A stretch of DNA of 32,121 nt, from assembly GCA_036769265.1 (NCBI GenBank), contig DAIPLL010000001.1:476-32596 (forward strand). The letters run 5' to 3'. The stretch is from Candidatus Kapaibacterium sp. GTDB lineage: Bacteria > Bacteroidota > Ignavibacteria > Kapaibacteriales > UBA2268. The notes beneath the pieces were generated by a model, which worked only from the letters and a program-made list of their open reading frames with translations, did not search any database and had not been told where the DNA came from. Below, piece after piece: positions 8,602 to 16,678 of this stretch; within the stretch, counting starts at the first letter, position 1; each line of letters starts with the position of its first letter. Position numbers and translations under genes: made by a program.

Positions 8602-9713
8602 TATAATTCTTCTATATTTTTTGCAAGCGGTAATTTCAATGAAACTGTCGTAAATATGTTTGGTTCGCTTTTGACAATTAAATCTCCACCAACAAGTTTG
8701 GTAATCCTTTTTACAATAGCAAGCCCGAGTCCAGCACCTTGTTGTTCGTATATGCGTCGTTCAAATTGAACATAAGCAGCAATATTATCTATTTGCTCTT
8801 TTGTCATACCGCGACCATAATCAGTGATATGAATAAAATAATAACCTCGCAAGGTATTTGATTGAATTTTTATAGGCTTACCTCGTTCAGAGAATTTATA
8901 TGCATTATCGAGCACTTCTTCGATCATTTTCATAAAATAATTTTCAGGGACAGCTATGCTACCTTCTTCTAACTCAAGCTCAATATCATTAGTACGTCCA
9001 GCATTACCAGCTGAGTAAACGACAATGTCGCGCAACAAATACTCCGCAAGTGGAGTTTGTTTGGAACGAAGCTTTTCGACTTCTTTTGTGTCAGTTGCTA
9101 TAAGTTCCAAATTAGCATAAAACAAATAATTTTCGAAAAGTCTTTGTAAACGTTTTGCAGATTCATTTATATTAAGTAAAATATCACGTGCTTCTTTATA
9201 ATTAGTCTGGTCATAATTTTTTCGTAAGAAATCAGATAATCCAAGTATAACATTAATTGGTGTGCGTATTTCGTGCGGCATATAATGGCGAAGGCTTTCG
9301 GCAAGCGCTTCATATTTAGTGCTAAATTTTTTTACAGTGTTTTCAGCTTTTTCGAGTCGTTTATTTACTGCTTCGATAAGTTCGTCGAAATCAAATGGTT
9401 TTGTAATATAATCATCAGCACCTAAATTCATACCTTCACGGACATCATTCCTTGATGATTTTGCTGAAAGAAATATAAAAGGAATAGTGTTTGTGCTTGG
9501 AGATTTTTGCAACTCTTCTAAAACAGCATAACCATCAAGTTCGGGCATCATTATATCTGAAATAATTAAATCAGGGATGTGAGTAAATGCAAGATTTATA
9601 CCTTCGCGTCCATTTTCTGCTTGGAAAATCTCATAACCTTGCATTGATAAAATTTTAGCTATATCTTGCCTAATATTATCTTCATCTTCTATGACTAATA
9701 TTTTCTTTTTCAT
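8601..9713 (-). CDS. Hybrid response regulator-histidine kinase (REC, HisKA, HATPase_c)
   Basis: The REC domain has KILVIEDE, the phospho-acceptor context LIISDIMMPELDG, and DDYITKPF. The H-box is PHEIRTPINVILG. ATPase boxes are DNAYKFS, DYGRGM and GAGLGLAIV. I prefer the ATG at 9713 (GGAGAG SD, 1 nt after the upstream stop) over the GTG at 9728 in the ORF track. Confidence 0.88.
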   Translation of the reverse strand: MKKKILVIEDEDNIRQDIAKILSMQGYEIFQAENGREGINLAFTHIPDLIISDIMMPELDGYAVLEELQKSPSTNTIPFIFLSAKSSRNDVREGMNLGADDYITKPFDFDELIEAVNKRLEKAENTVKKFSTKYEALAESLRHYMPHEIRTPINVILGLSDFLRKNYDQTNYKEARDILLNINESAKRLQRLFENYLFYANLELIATDTKEVEKLRSKQTPLAEYLLRDIVVYSAGNAGRTNDIELELEEGSIAVPENYFMKMIEEVLDNAYKFSERGKPIKIQSNTLRGYYFIHITDYGRGMTKEQIDNIAAYVQFERRIYEQQGAGLGLAIVKRITKLVGGDLIVKSEPNIFTTVSLKLPLAKNIEEL

Positions 9714-9714
9714 A

Positions 9715-11454
9715 TTAACTCTCCGCACAATAAGGTATAGTAACTGTGAAAGTTGTTCCTTTATTTAATTTGCTTGATAAATCTAAATTACCGTTTAGTT
9801 TCTGTAGCGAATTCAAAACTACTTGCAAACCAATTCCACTCCCCGAAATTTTCCCGACATTTTCAGCACGATAAAATAACTCGAATATTTTCTCTTGTTC
9901 ATCCTCTGGAATGCCTATGCCATAATCAGTAACTTGGTAAGTATAATTATTATCATTGAAATATAACTTTAACTCAATTGGTGTATCTCGTGATGAGTAT
10001 TTTGCAGCATTTGAAAGTAAATTCATCAATATTAATCGTAAATAACGCTCATTAGTTTCCACTTTGTCGCGATAACCAATTGTACTAAAATTAATTTCGC
10101 GTCTGTAAAGCAAAGTGCTTTCAAATTCATTAATTAGATTTTCAGTAAATCGAATTAAATCTATCTTTTCTTTTGCGTCAATTTCAGTTTTGTTTTCTTT
10201 CTCCTTACCTATAAACAATACATTTTCAATTAAATCTGTCAAATTATCAACAGTCCCTAAAATTCTATTCAGATAATCTATTTTTTCTTCTTTTGTCAAA
10301 CTATCGTGATATTTCCTAATCATTTGAGCAGCCGATCGAATTACTGTTAGAGGTGTGCGAAATTCGTGCGAAACCATACTTACAAAGCGCGTTTTCATTT
10401 GGTTTAGCTCTTTTTCTTTATCGAGCATAAATTTAAGTTCTTGCTGTACTTTATTATGCTGTTCAATTTCATCTTTGAGCTTTTTGACTAAAATTTGCAG
10501 GTCGAGAGTTCTTTCTTGAACTTTAAGTTCAAGTGTTTCGTTCATTTTTTTTAGTTCATCTTGGTATTTTTTGAGTTCAGTAATATCGATAAAGCAATCT
10601 ATACGTTGTTTTAATGTACCTAAATTTACAAAAGAAGTTGTGCGAATAATTGGTATTTTCTCGCCTTCAATATTTATTAGATAAGACTCAAAGTTATAAT
10701 TAGTCTCTGATGAAAATTTTTTTGAATTATAATCGATTTGCTCAAGGAACTCAAAAATATGTCGTCCTATGATTTTATTTTCCTCAATTTTGATCAAATC
10801 CAGTGCAACAGGATTGATTTTGGTTATTTTAAATGTATCCCAATCGTGAATAATTATGCCAGTTTGCACAGCATCGAAAATTGCTTTAAGCTCTCGCCGG
10901 CTTTGAGCAAGATCCATAGTTTTAGCTGCAACTTTTTGTTCGAGAACAGAAGTTGTAGCTTTCAAATTCTGTTGCAAAAGTATGTTTTCAATATTAGATG
11001 AAAGTATTCTGGCGAAGAGCTGAGTCGAAACTTTAAGTTCAGTATTCAATAAGCTTGCATCAGTTGTATTAAGCAGCACTAACCCGAGCACGCCCCACGA
11101 AGCGACAAGAGGAACAGAAATTGAACTAATGCCATTGTTTTCGAATGAACCAGTTGCTATGTTTCCTGTAGCCAATGCCTCGCCAATTGTTCCTAAATGA
11201 ACGTAATAGTTAAAAAGTTCTTTAATTTCTACTTCGCTTTTTTCAGGGTAGCAGCTGTGTAGTTCAAAATCAAATGAACCATCGCGCAAAAGAAAAATTG
11301 CAGCAGATTGCGTGTTGGGAAATTTCAGGAATACATTTAATCCTTGTCGTAAAACTTCAGGAAGTCTGTTTAAAAATTTGTCGTTAGCAATATACTCTTG
11401 TATTGCCTCGTAATAGATATTTTGCAGATAGCCTATTGGATAATCAATTTCCAT
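9715..11454 (-). CDS. Sensor histidine kinase (GAF-like N-terminus, PAS, coiled coil, HisKA, HATPase_c)
   Basis: The H-box is SHEFRTPLTVI, the N-box LLSNAAKYS, G1 VTDYGIGI and G2 GSGIGLQVV. A PAS-like segment is FDAVQTGIIIHDW...ITKINP. There are no TM helices, so it is probably cytoplasmic. Confidence 0.88.
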   Translation of the reverse strand: MEIDYPIGYLQNIYYEAIQEYIANDKFLNRLPEVLRQGLNVFLKFPNTQSAAIFLLRDGSFDFELHSCYPEKSEVEIKELFNYYVHLGTIGEALATGNIATGSFENNGISSISVPLVASWGVLGLVLLNTTDASLLNTELKVSTQLFARILSSNIENILLQQNLKATTSVLEQKVAAKTMDLAQSRRELKAIFDAVQTGIIIHDWDTFKITKINPVALDLIKIEENKIIGRHIFEFLEQIDYNSKKFSSETNYNFESYLINIEGEKIPIIRTTSFVNLGTLKQRIDCFIDITELKKYQDELKKMNETLELKVQERTLDLQILVKKLKDEIEQHNKVQQELKFMLDKEKELNQMKTRFVSMVSHEFRTPLTVIRSAAQMIRKYHDSLTKEEKIDYLNRILGTVDNLTDLIENVLFIGKEKENKTEIDAKEKIDLIRFTENLINEFESTLLYRREINFSTIGYRDKVETNERYLRLILMNLLSNAAKYSSRDTPIELKLYFNDNNYTYQVTDYGIGIPEDEQEKIFELFYRAENVGKISGSGIGLQVVLNSLQKLNGNLDLSSKLNKGTTFTVTIPYCAES

Positions 11455-11467
11455 ATTTCGATTAAAA

Positions 11468-12316
11468 TTAGTTTAAAAGAAAAACACCTATTGCAGCTTC
11501 ATATTCTAAGATTAAACTATCATAATGTTTTGACCAAAAATCATCTGGTAAATTTAAAGCTTTCCATGCATCTAAATTTGGTGTTGGTATGATATCATCG
11601 CCCGCTTGACCTAATTCAAAAAGTGAAGCAACTGTATTGGCAATATGCACGCAGGAAACGAGAACGTTATTAGCGTTATCAACCTTACCGACAGAATGAT
11701 AGCGTATAGCATCTTTAAGCGTTTGCGGTAGTTTCCAGCGTTCTGCAAGGAGTTCGCCGGCGATTAAATGGTTTATGCCAAGCACAGAGTTTTCAGCCTC
11801 GCGTGCAGGCAAGTTTTTTTCAATTGCATATTCAATAGCTTTTGCATAGTCGTCTGGAATAAATTTCAAGAATAGAAGTTTGCCAATATCGTGAAGAATT
11901 CCAGCCAAAAAGTAATTTTCTAAATTTGTAATTCGCAATGATTTGCCCAAAAGCCGTGTAATTATCCCAACGGCAATAGAATGTTTCCAAAGATCCACTG
12001 GATTTACAGGGAAATTGCCTTTCATTTTGCGGAAAACATCAATTATCCCCATTGCGATTACTAAATTGCGGACTTCCTCAAAACCAATGAAAATTATCGC
12101 TTGCGAAATGGTTGTAATACGACCACGGAATCCATAAATTGGAGAATTAGCAGCCTTCAGTACTTTTGCTGCGGCGGCTTGATCCTCGGCAATAATATTA
12201 GCAACATCATTTGCAGTCGAGCGTGGATTGGAAATCACATCCGAAAGAGTTGCATATATTGTTGGCAGAGTTGGGAATTCGTCTGCACGAGCTATTAATT
12301 TGTTAATAACGTCCAT
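11468..12316 (-). CDS. HDOD domain signalling protein
   Basis: 282 aa. The N-terminus (FPTLPTIYATLSDVISNP) and the degenerate HD motif context GILHDIGKLLF are typical of HDOD. Confidence 0.85.
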   Translation of the reverse strand: MDVINKLIARADEFPTLPTIYATLSDVISNPRSTANDVANIIAEDQAAAAKVLKAANSPIYGFRGRITTISQAIIFIGFEEVRNLVIAMGIIDVFRKMKGNFPVNPVDLWKHSIAVGIITRLLGKSLRITNLENYFLAGILHDIGKLLFLKFIPDDYAKAIEYAIEKNLPAREAENSVLGINHLIAGELLAERWKLPQTLKDAIRYHSVGKVDNANNVLVSCVHIANTVASLFELGQAGDDIIPTPNLDAWKALNLPDDFWSKHYDSLILEYEAAIGVFLLN

Positions 12317-12322
12317 AATTTT

Positions 12323-12652
12323 TTACTTTTTTTTCGACATTCTTTTTGCATGGTGAATAATTGCAACTCTAAATAGATCCTCTTCGATCGGAATTCGTGG
12401 CGTCCAATCTGTTCTTTTAGAAATTTTATCCAATATAAGTTGCTTCATTTCTTCTGTAACTTCGGGATTTTCCTCTTCTTCGGCTCCTGCACTAACTTTT
12501 ATAGTGCGTATGTTCCAAGTTTTAAGAAAAGTTGCATGTTGTTGATTAAGAACAACGCCGGCTGCAAGAAGAGTTTGCCCGTAGCGGTTGACAATAGGTT
12601 CTGCATTTATCATCCCGTCCTGAATATCTTCAACGGCTATAACTTTTGCCAT
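12323..12652 (-). CDS. Hypothetical 109-aa protein, co-operonic with HDOD
   Basis: Intact ORF that starts 2 nt after the surE stop and ends 6 nt before the HDOD start. The N-terminal half (V..EDIQDGMI.AEPIV...GQTLLAAGVVL......L..W.I..I.V) resembles, from memory, N-terminal modules of HD-GYP/HDOD-associated proteins. It has an acidic linker and a basic tail. Confidence 0.6.
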   Translation of the reverse strand: MAKVIAVEDIQDGMINAEPIVNRYGQTLLAAGVVLNQQHATFLKTWNIRTIKVSAGAEEEENPEVTEEMKQLILDKISKRTDWTPRIPIEEDLFRVAIIHHAKRMSKKK

Positions 12653-12654
12653 AA

Positions 12655-13425
12655 TTATTCCTCAAAAGCACTTAATTTGTCTAAAATATCGTATTTAGTA
12701 AAATCAAAATGCACTGGTGTTATTGTTACATAACCGTTTGATAAAGCTGCATCGTCTGTTTCTAAATCATCAGTATTTTCTATGCAATATTCACCAGCAA
12801 ACCAAAAATATTTGCGTCCAAAAGGATCTAAACGCATTTCGTAAGTATCTTTCCAGTATGAAGAACTATGTTTTGTTACTTTAATACCACGAATTTTTTC
12901 CTTTGGTATTGCAGGGACGTTTACATTGAGTAAAAAATTAGGTTTTAAATTACTAAAAAGCAATTTTCGGGCAACAATCTTTGCGTACTCTGCTGCAGCA
13001 TCGAGAGGTAAACTTGCATCGTGCGAAGCAAGCGAAATTGCTATAGATGGGATCCCAGCAAGCATCCCCTCTGTTGCTGCGGCAACTGTCCCAGAATAAA
13101 GAATATTAATTGCAGTGTTTTGTCCGTGATTTATCCCTGAAATTACTAAATCTGGTCTCTCTTCTAACAAATTTGATAAAGCTATTTTTACACAATCCGA
13201 GGGGCTACCATCAATTGCAAAACCGAAAATTACTCCATTTCGCTTAACTCTCGTTACTCGCAAAGGGCGTGCCACTGTTAAAGCATGTCCGACAGCGCTT
13301 TGCTGGCGGTCTGGTGCAGCTACAATTACTTCACCTAATTCTTGCATTGCTAATGCTAAAGCATTAATTCCCGGAGCATCTATACCATCATCGTTTGTAA
13401 CTAAAATCTTAAATTTCTTATCCAT
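12655..13425 (-). CDS. surE: 5'/3'-nucleotidase SurE
   Basis: The N-terminal signature is KILVTNDDGIDAPGI. GINHG and YSGTVAAA motifs are present. Length is 256 aa. Confidence 0.93.
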   Translation of the reverse strand: MDKKFKILVTNDDGIDAPGINALALAMQELGEVIVAAPDRQQSAVGHALTVARPLRVTRVKRNGVIFGFAIDGSPSDCVKIALSNLLEERPDLVISGINHGQNTAINILYSGTVAAATEGMLAGIPSIAISLASHDASLPLDAAAEYAKIVARKLLFSNLKPNFLLNVNVPAIPKEKIRGIKVTKHSSSYWKDTYEMRLDPFGRKYFWFAGEYCIENTDDLETDDAALSNGYVTITPVHFDFTKYDILDKLSAFEE

Positions 13426-13549
13426 AAATTTCTATTATATTTTGACTTTTTAATATTTTTAAATAACGCTAAAATAATGCATTTATTGAAATTTATAAAT
13501 TATTTTATTATGCTTTATAATTTATTTCTTTTGCTAATCTAAATTATGT

Positions 13550-13557
13550 TATTTTTG
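13550..13557 (+). promoter_or_regulatory. Candidate Bacteroidota-type -7 box (TATTTTTG = TAnnTTTG) for the permease gene
   Basis: The motif ends 25 nt upstream of the ATG at 13583. A TTTG at 13530..13533 could be the -33 element. This is a motif match only, in AT-rich DNA. Confidence 0.3.
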
Positions 13558-13582
13558 TCTATACTTAAAGAGTTAATCATTA

Positions 13583-14794
13583 ATGAATTTATATCGCTAC
13601 ATATCAAATAAATTTGCTATCTCGCAAAAAAGCCGTTTCCTTGCGTTTGCTCGTTTTGTTTCGTATTTAAGTGTTATTTTAGGTGTAGTAGCTCTTTTGC
13701 TTAGTCTCGCGATTTTAAACGGTTTTGAGCAAGAATTGCGTTCGACGACAACAAAATTTACCTCACATATTGTAATTTATCAAAACAATAAAGAGCCAAT
13801 TAAAAATGCAAATGAAATATCAAAAAAAATAAAAACTAAGTTTAAAAATATTAATGATTTGCAGGAAGTTGCCGAGCGAGAAGGGCTTATTCGTTCCAAA
13901 AATTTTATCGACGGAGTGCTTATAAAATCTTATAATCCAAGCAACGATATAATCGATTTCCGAAGATATATTAAGCACGGTAAGGCTGTTTTTTCGAGTG
14001 ACACTGCTCGTGAGCTAATTCTTGGCGAACCACTGCAAAAGAAGCTTGCTATTGAGATTGGCGATAATGTATTTGTCTACTTCATACAAATACAAGATGG
14101 CTTACCTAAATCGAAAATAAGACAATTTAAAATTATTGGAACATACAAAACAGGTATGGTGCGCTATGATGAGACGCTTGTTTTAATACCGCTCGGTACT
14201 GCACGCAAGCTTTTTAATTTAGAAGATAATGCTGCAACCAAAATTGAAGTTGTTCTTGATGATATTACTCAAGCTTCTTCTATTTCTAACCAAATTATGC
14301 AATTTTTAGGTTTCCCATTTTGGACTTTGACATATTATGAAATCCACTCATCGCTTTTTGCTTGGATTGAGTTGCAAAAGGAGCCAATCCCGCTAGTACT
14401 TGGGATCATTTCACTTGTTGCAATGCTAAATATAATCACAACCTTGATTATCACAGTCATCGAAAAAACACGCAGCATAGGTATTTTGCGTTCACTTGGT
14501 GTAAGTCGAAATGGGATTATTCGAATTTTTTTAAATCAAGGGCTGCAAATAGGTATTATTGGTGTTTTAATTGGATGTGTTATTTCTTTTACATTTAGTT
14601 TTTTACAACAACAATTTAAATTCATTCATTTAAAAAGCGAGATATATTTCTTGGATACACTGCCAATACAAATCTCAGCAATTCATTATATTTCAGTTTC
14701 AATTTTAACTCTAATTTTGGTGCTTATGGCATCTATTTTGCCAGCTTTTATTGCTTCAAAAATAAGCCCAGTCAGGGCAATTCGATTCAAATAG
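13583..14794 (+). CDS. LolC/LolE-like ABC transporter permease (MacB-type periplasmic domain plus FtsX domain)
   Basis: 403 aa. Layout is an N-terminal TM, a ~220-aa extracytoplasmic domain, then three C-terminal TM helices. The FtsX-type motif is IGILRSLGVSRNGIIRIF and the terminal motif is SPVRAIRF. Confidence 0.85.
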   Translation: MNLYRYISNKFAISQKSRFLAFARFVSYLSVILGVVALLLSLAILNGFEQELRSTTTKFTSHIVIYQNNKEPIKNANEISKKIKTKFKNINDLQEVAEREGLIRSKNFIDGVLIKSYNPSNDIIDFRRYIKHGKAVFSSDTARELILGEPLQKKLAIEIGDNVFVYFIQIQDGLPKSKIRQFKIIGTYKTGMVRYDETLVLIPLGTARKLFNLEDNAATKIEVVLDDITQASSISNQIMQFLGFPFWTLTYYEIHSSLFAWIELQKEPIPLVLGIISLVAMLNIITTLIITVIEKTRSIGILRSLGVSRNGIIRIFLNQGLQIGIIGVLIGCVISFTFSFLQQQFKFIHLKSEIYFLDTLPIQISAIHYISVSILTLILVLMASILPAFIASKISPVRAIRFK

Positions 14795-14796
14795 AT

Positions 14797-15612
14797 TTAA
14801 GATTTACCTAAATGCTTTATGATAAATTCTTTACAGGTCTCTATAAGCTCATTTTTATGAGAAATATGAGGGAAATGACCGCAATTATCAAAAACATGCA
14901 CCTCGGTTTCAGAAGGAGCGTTATCAATAACAGAACGAATTTGGGCAAGGCTACCAAATTCATCACTATCACCTTGAATTAGCAAAATTGGAGAATGTAT
15001 TTTCCTAACATGATCAAATATATTGTAATTTAGGAACTCTCTCATAAGCCACGTAGAAGTCCAAGCTTTGAATAAAGTATCAGCTTTACCAAAGTGAAGT
15101 TCATTTAGCTTTTGTTTGAATTTTCCCTGTGTGTATTTATTTATCAGGTTTTTAATACCATCAATTGTAATATTTTCAACAAAAGTATGAGCTGCAATGG
15201 AGACAATTATTGATTTCAAATTGTTATAAATTCCTGCAAAGATCAAAGATATTGTGGCGCCATCGCTTTGCCCGATAAAAATTGGATAACTTATTTTGAA
15301 TGCATCCAAAATTTCAGGCAAAACAAACAAAGCTTCATCTTTCAAGTATTCTACTTTGCCTGAAAAATCGTAAGAAGATGATCGCCCGTAACCACGACGA
15401 TCATAGAGCAAAGCATCTATGCCGAGTTCTTGCGAAAGCTCAAGTGGGAAATCACCCCAACTTTCAACACATCCAAGCCCATCGTGCAAAAATATCAGTG
15501 CGTAATTATAGCTTAACGAACCAACAACGTGAATTTTTTTTGTATAAATATTAAAATTTCTAATTGGTATTTGATACTCTTCAATAGTATATTTATTTTT
15601 GTTTACCTGCAT
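14797..15612 (-). CDS. Alpha/beta-fold hydrolase
   Basis: The oxyanion region is LHDGLG and the nucleophile elbow is GQSDG (GxSxG). Asp is in QGDSDE and His in GHFPH. Length is 271 aa. Confidence 0.82.
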   Translation of the reverse strand: MQVNKNKYTIEEYQIPIRNFNIYTKKIHVVGSLSYNYALIFLHDGLGCVESWGDFPLELSQELGIDALLYDRRGYGRSSSYDFSGKVEYLKDEALFVLPEILDAFKISYPIFIGQSDGATISLIFAGIYNNLKSIIVSIAAHTFVENITIDGIKNLINKYTQGKFKQKLNELHFGKADTLFKAWTSTWLMREFLNYNIFDHVRKIHSPILLIQGDSDEFGSLAQIRSVIDNAPSETEVHVFDNCGHFPHISHKNELIETCKEFIIKHLGKS

Positions 15613-15635
15613 AATTTAAATCGAGATAAATTGTT

Positions 15636-15643
15636 CAAATATA
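15636..15643 (-). promoter_or_regulatory. Candidate -7 box (TATATTTG on the minus strand) for the hydrolase gene
   Basis: The plus strand reads CAAATATA. The motif lies 23 nt upstream of the minus-strand ATG at 15612. Motif match only. Confidence 0.3.
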
Positions 15644-15671
15644 ATAATTTTTTTTTCAATTTTATAATATT

Positions 15672-15679
15672 TATCTTTG
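15672..15679 (+). promoter_or_regulatory. Candidate -7 box (TATCTTTG) for the serA-DUF1015 operon
   Basis: TAnnTTTG match 68 nt upstream of the serA ATG. The leader would contain the 15691..15715 hairpin and an AAGGAGAA Shine-Dalgarno sequence. Confidence 0.3.
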
Positions 15680-15690
15680 CATAAGTTTTT

Positions 15691-15715
15691 GGAATAAACA
15701 GAAAAAGTTTATTCC
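15691..15715 (+). promoter_or_regulatory. Perfect 9-bp inverted repeat (GGAATAAAC-N7-GTTTATTCC) in the serA leader
   Basis: Read directly from the sequence. It lies between the candidate promoter and the RBS and has no following U-tract. It could be an operator or a leader hairpin. Confidence 0.4.
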
Positions 15716-15747
15716 AAAATGTTTAATAATTTCACAAGGAGAACGAA

Positions 15748-16662
15748 ATGAAAATATTAGTAACTGACGGCATCGAAAAAATTGGAGCTGATATGCTTCG
15801 AGCAGCTGGGTTTGAAGTTGTCGAAACCAAGTTAACGCCTGAAGAGTTATTAAATGAGATTGAGAAATATGATGCAATCATTGTTCGTTCCGCAACAAAA
15901 GTAACAAAAGAAGTTATCGAAGCTGGTAAAAATCTCAAAGCAATTGCACGCGGCGGTGTTGGATTAGATAATATCGATGTTGAATATGCTAAATCAAAAG
16001 GCATTCCTGTTCTGAATACACCTGGTGCTTCATCAATATCTGTTGCAGAACTTGCTATTGCACATATGTTTGCTGTTTCACGCTTTCTTAATCAAAGCAA
16101 TATAGAAATGCGTCAAGGCAAATGGCCCAAGAAAGAATATTCAAAAGGTATTGAACTAACTGGTAAAACACTTGGTTTACTTGGTTTTGGCAACATCGGT
16201 AAGGAAGTCGCAAAACGCGCTATTGGTTTAGGTATGAAAGTTATAGCTCACGATCCGTTTGTAACAGAAACTAATCTTGATGTGAAACTTGTAAGCAAAG
16301 AGGAAGTAATTACTCAATCCGATTTTATCTCGCTACATATGCCACTTATAAAAGGTGAAGGTCCTGCTATTGGTGAAAAAGAAATTTCAATGATGAAAGA
16401 TGGCGTTATTATTATAAATTGTGCCCGTGGCGGTGTTGTATCCGAAAAAGCTTTACTTGACGGTCTTCAGTCTGGCAAAGTTGCCGCTGCTGGTATCGAT
16501 GTTTTCGAAAACGAACCACCAACAGAAGCCCAAACTGCTTTGATTAATCATCCACGTGTTTCAGTTACTCCACATATTGGTGCATCCACCGTCGAAGCAC
16601 AGAATCTTGTTGGTGAGGAAATCGCTCAAAAAGTAATTGATGTTTTGAAAAGTAATCATTAA
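15748..16662 (+). CDS. serA: D-3-phosphoglycerate dehydrogenase, short form without an ACT domain
   Basis: 304-aa 2-hydroxyacid dehydrogenase. The NAD fold is GLLGFGNIGKEVAKRA, with catalytic contexts CARGGVV and TPHIGAST. The N-terminus MKILVTDGI is typical of PGDH. Confidence 0.85.
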   Translation: MKILVTDGIEKIGADMLRAAGFEVVETKLTPEELLNEIEKYDAIIVRSATKVTKEVIEAGKNLKAIARGGVGLDNIDVEYAKSKGIPVLNTPGASSISVAELAIAHMFAVSRFLNQSNIEMRQGKWPKKEYSKGIELTGKTLGLLGFGNIGKEVAKRAIGLGMKVIAHDPFVTETNLDVKLVSKEEVITQSDFISLHMPLIKGEGPAIGEKEISMMKDGVIIINCARGGVVSEKALLDGLQSGKVAAAGIDVFENEPPTEAQTALINHPRVSVTPHIGASTVEAQNLVGEEIAQKVIDVLKSNH

Positions 16663-16678
16663 TTATAAAGGTATTAAA

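Noticed and set aside
13426-13582. A possible ncRNA or riboswitch in the 157-nt AT-rich divergent region between surE and the permease gene
   Set aside because: The sequence is almost pure A/T with no stable stems or conserved-looking boxes. It is best explained as divergent promoter DNA.
15671-16004. Minus-strand ORFs 15671..15877 and 15732..16004 overlapping the serA start
   Set aside because: They overlap the well-supported serA N-terminus and its leader and have no motifs. I treated them as spurious.
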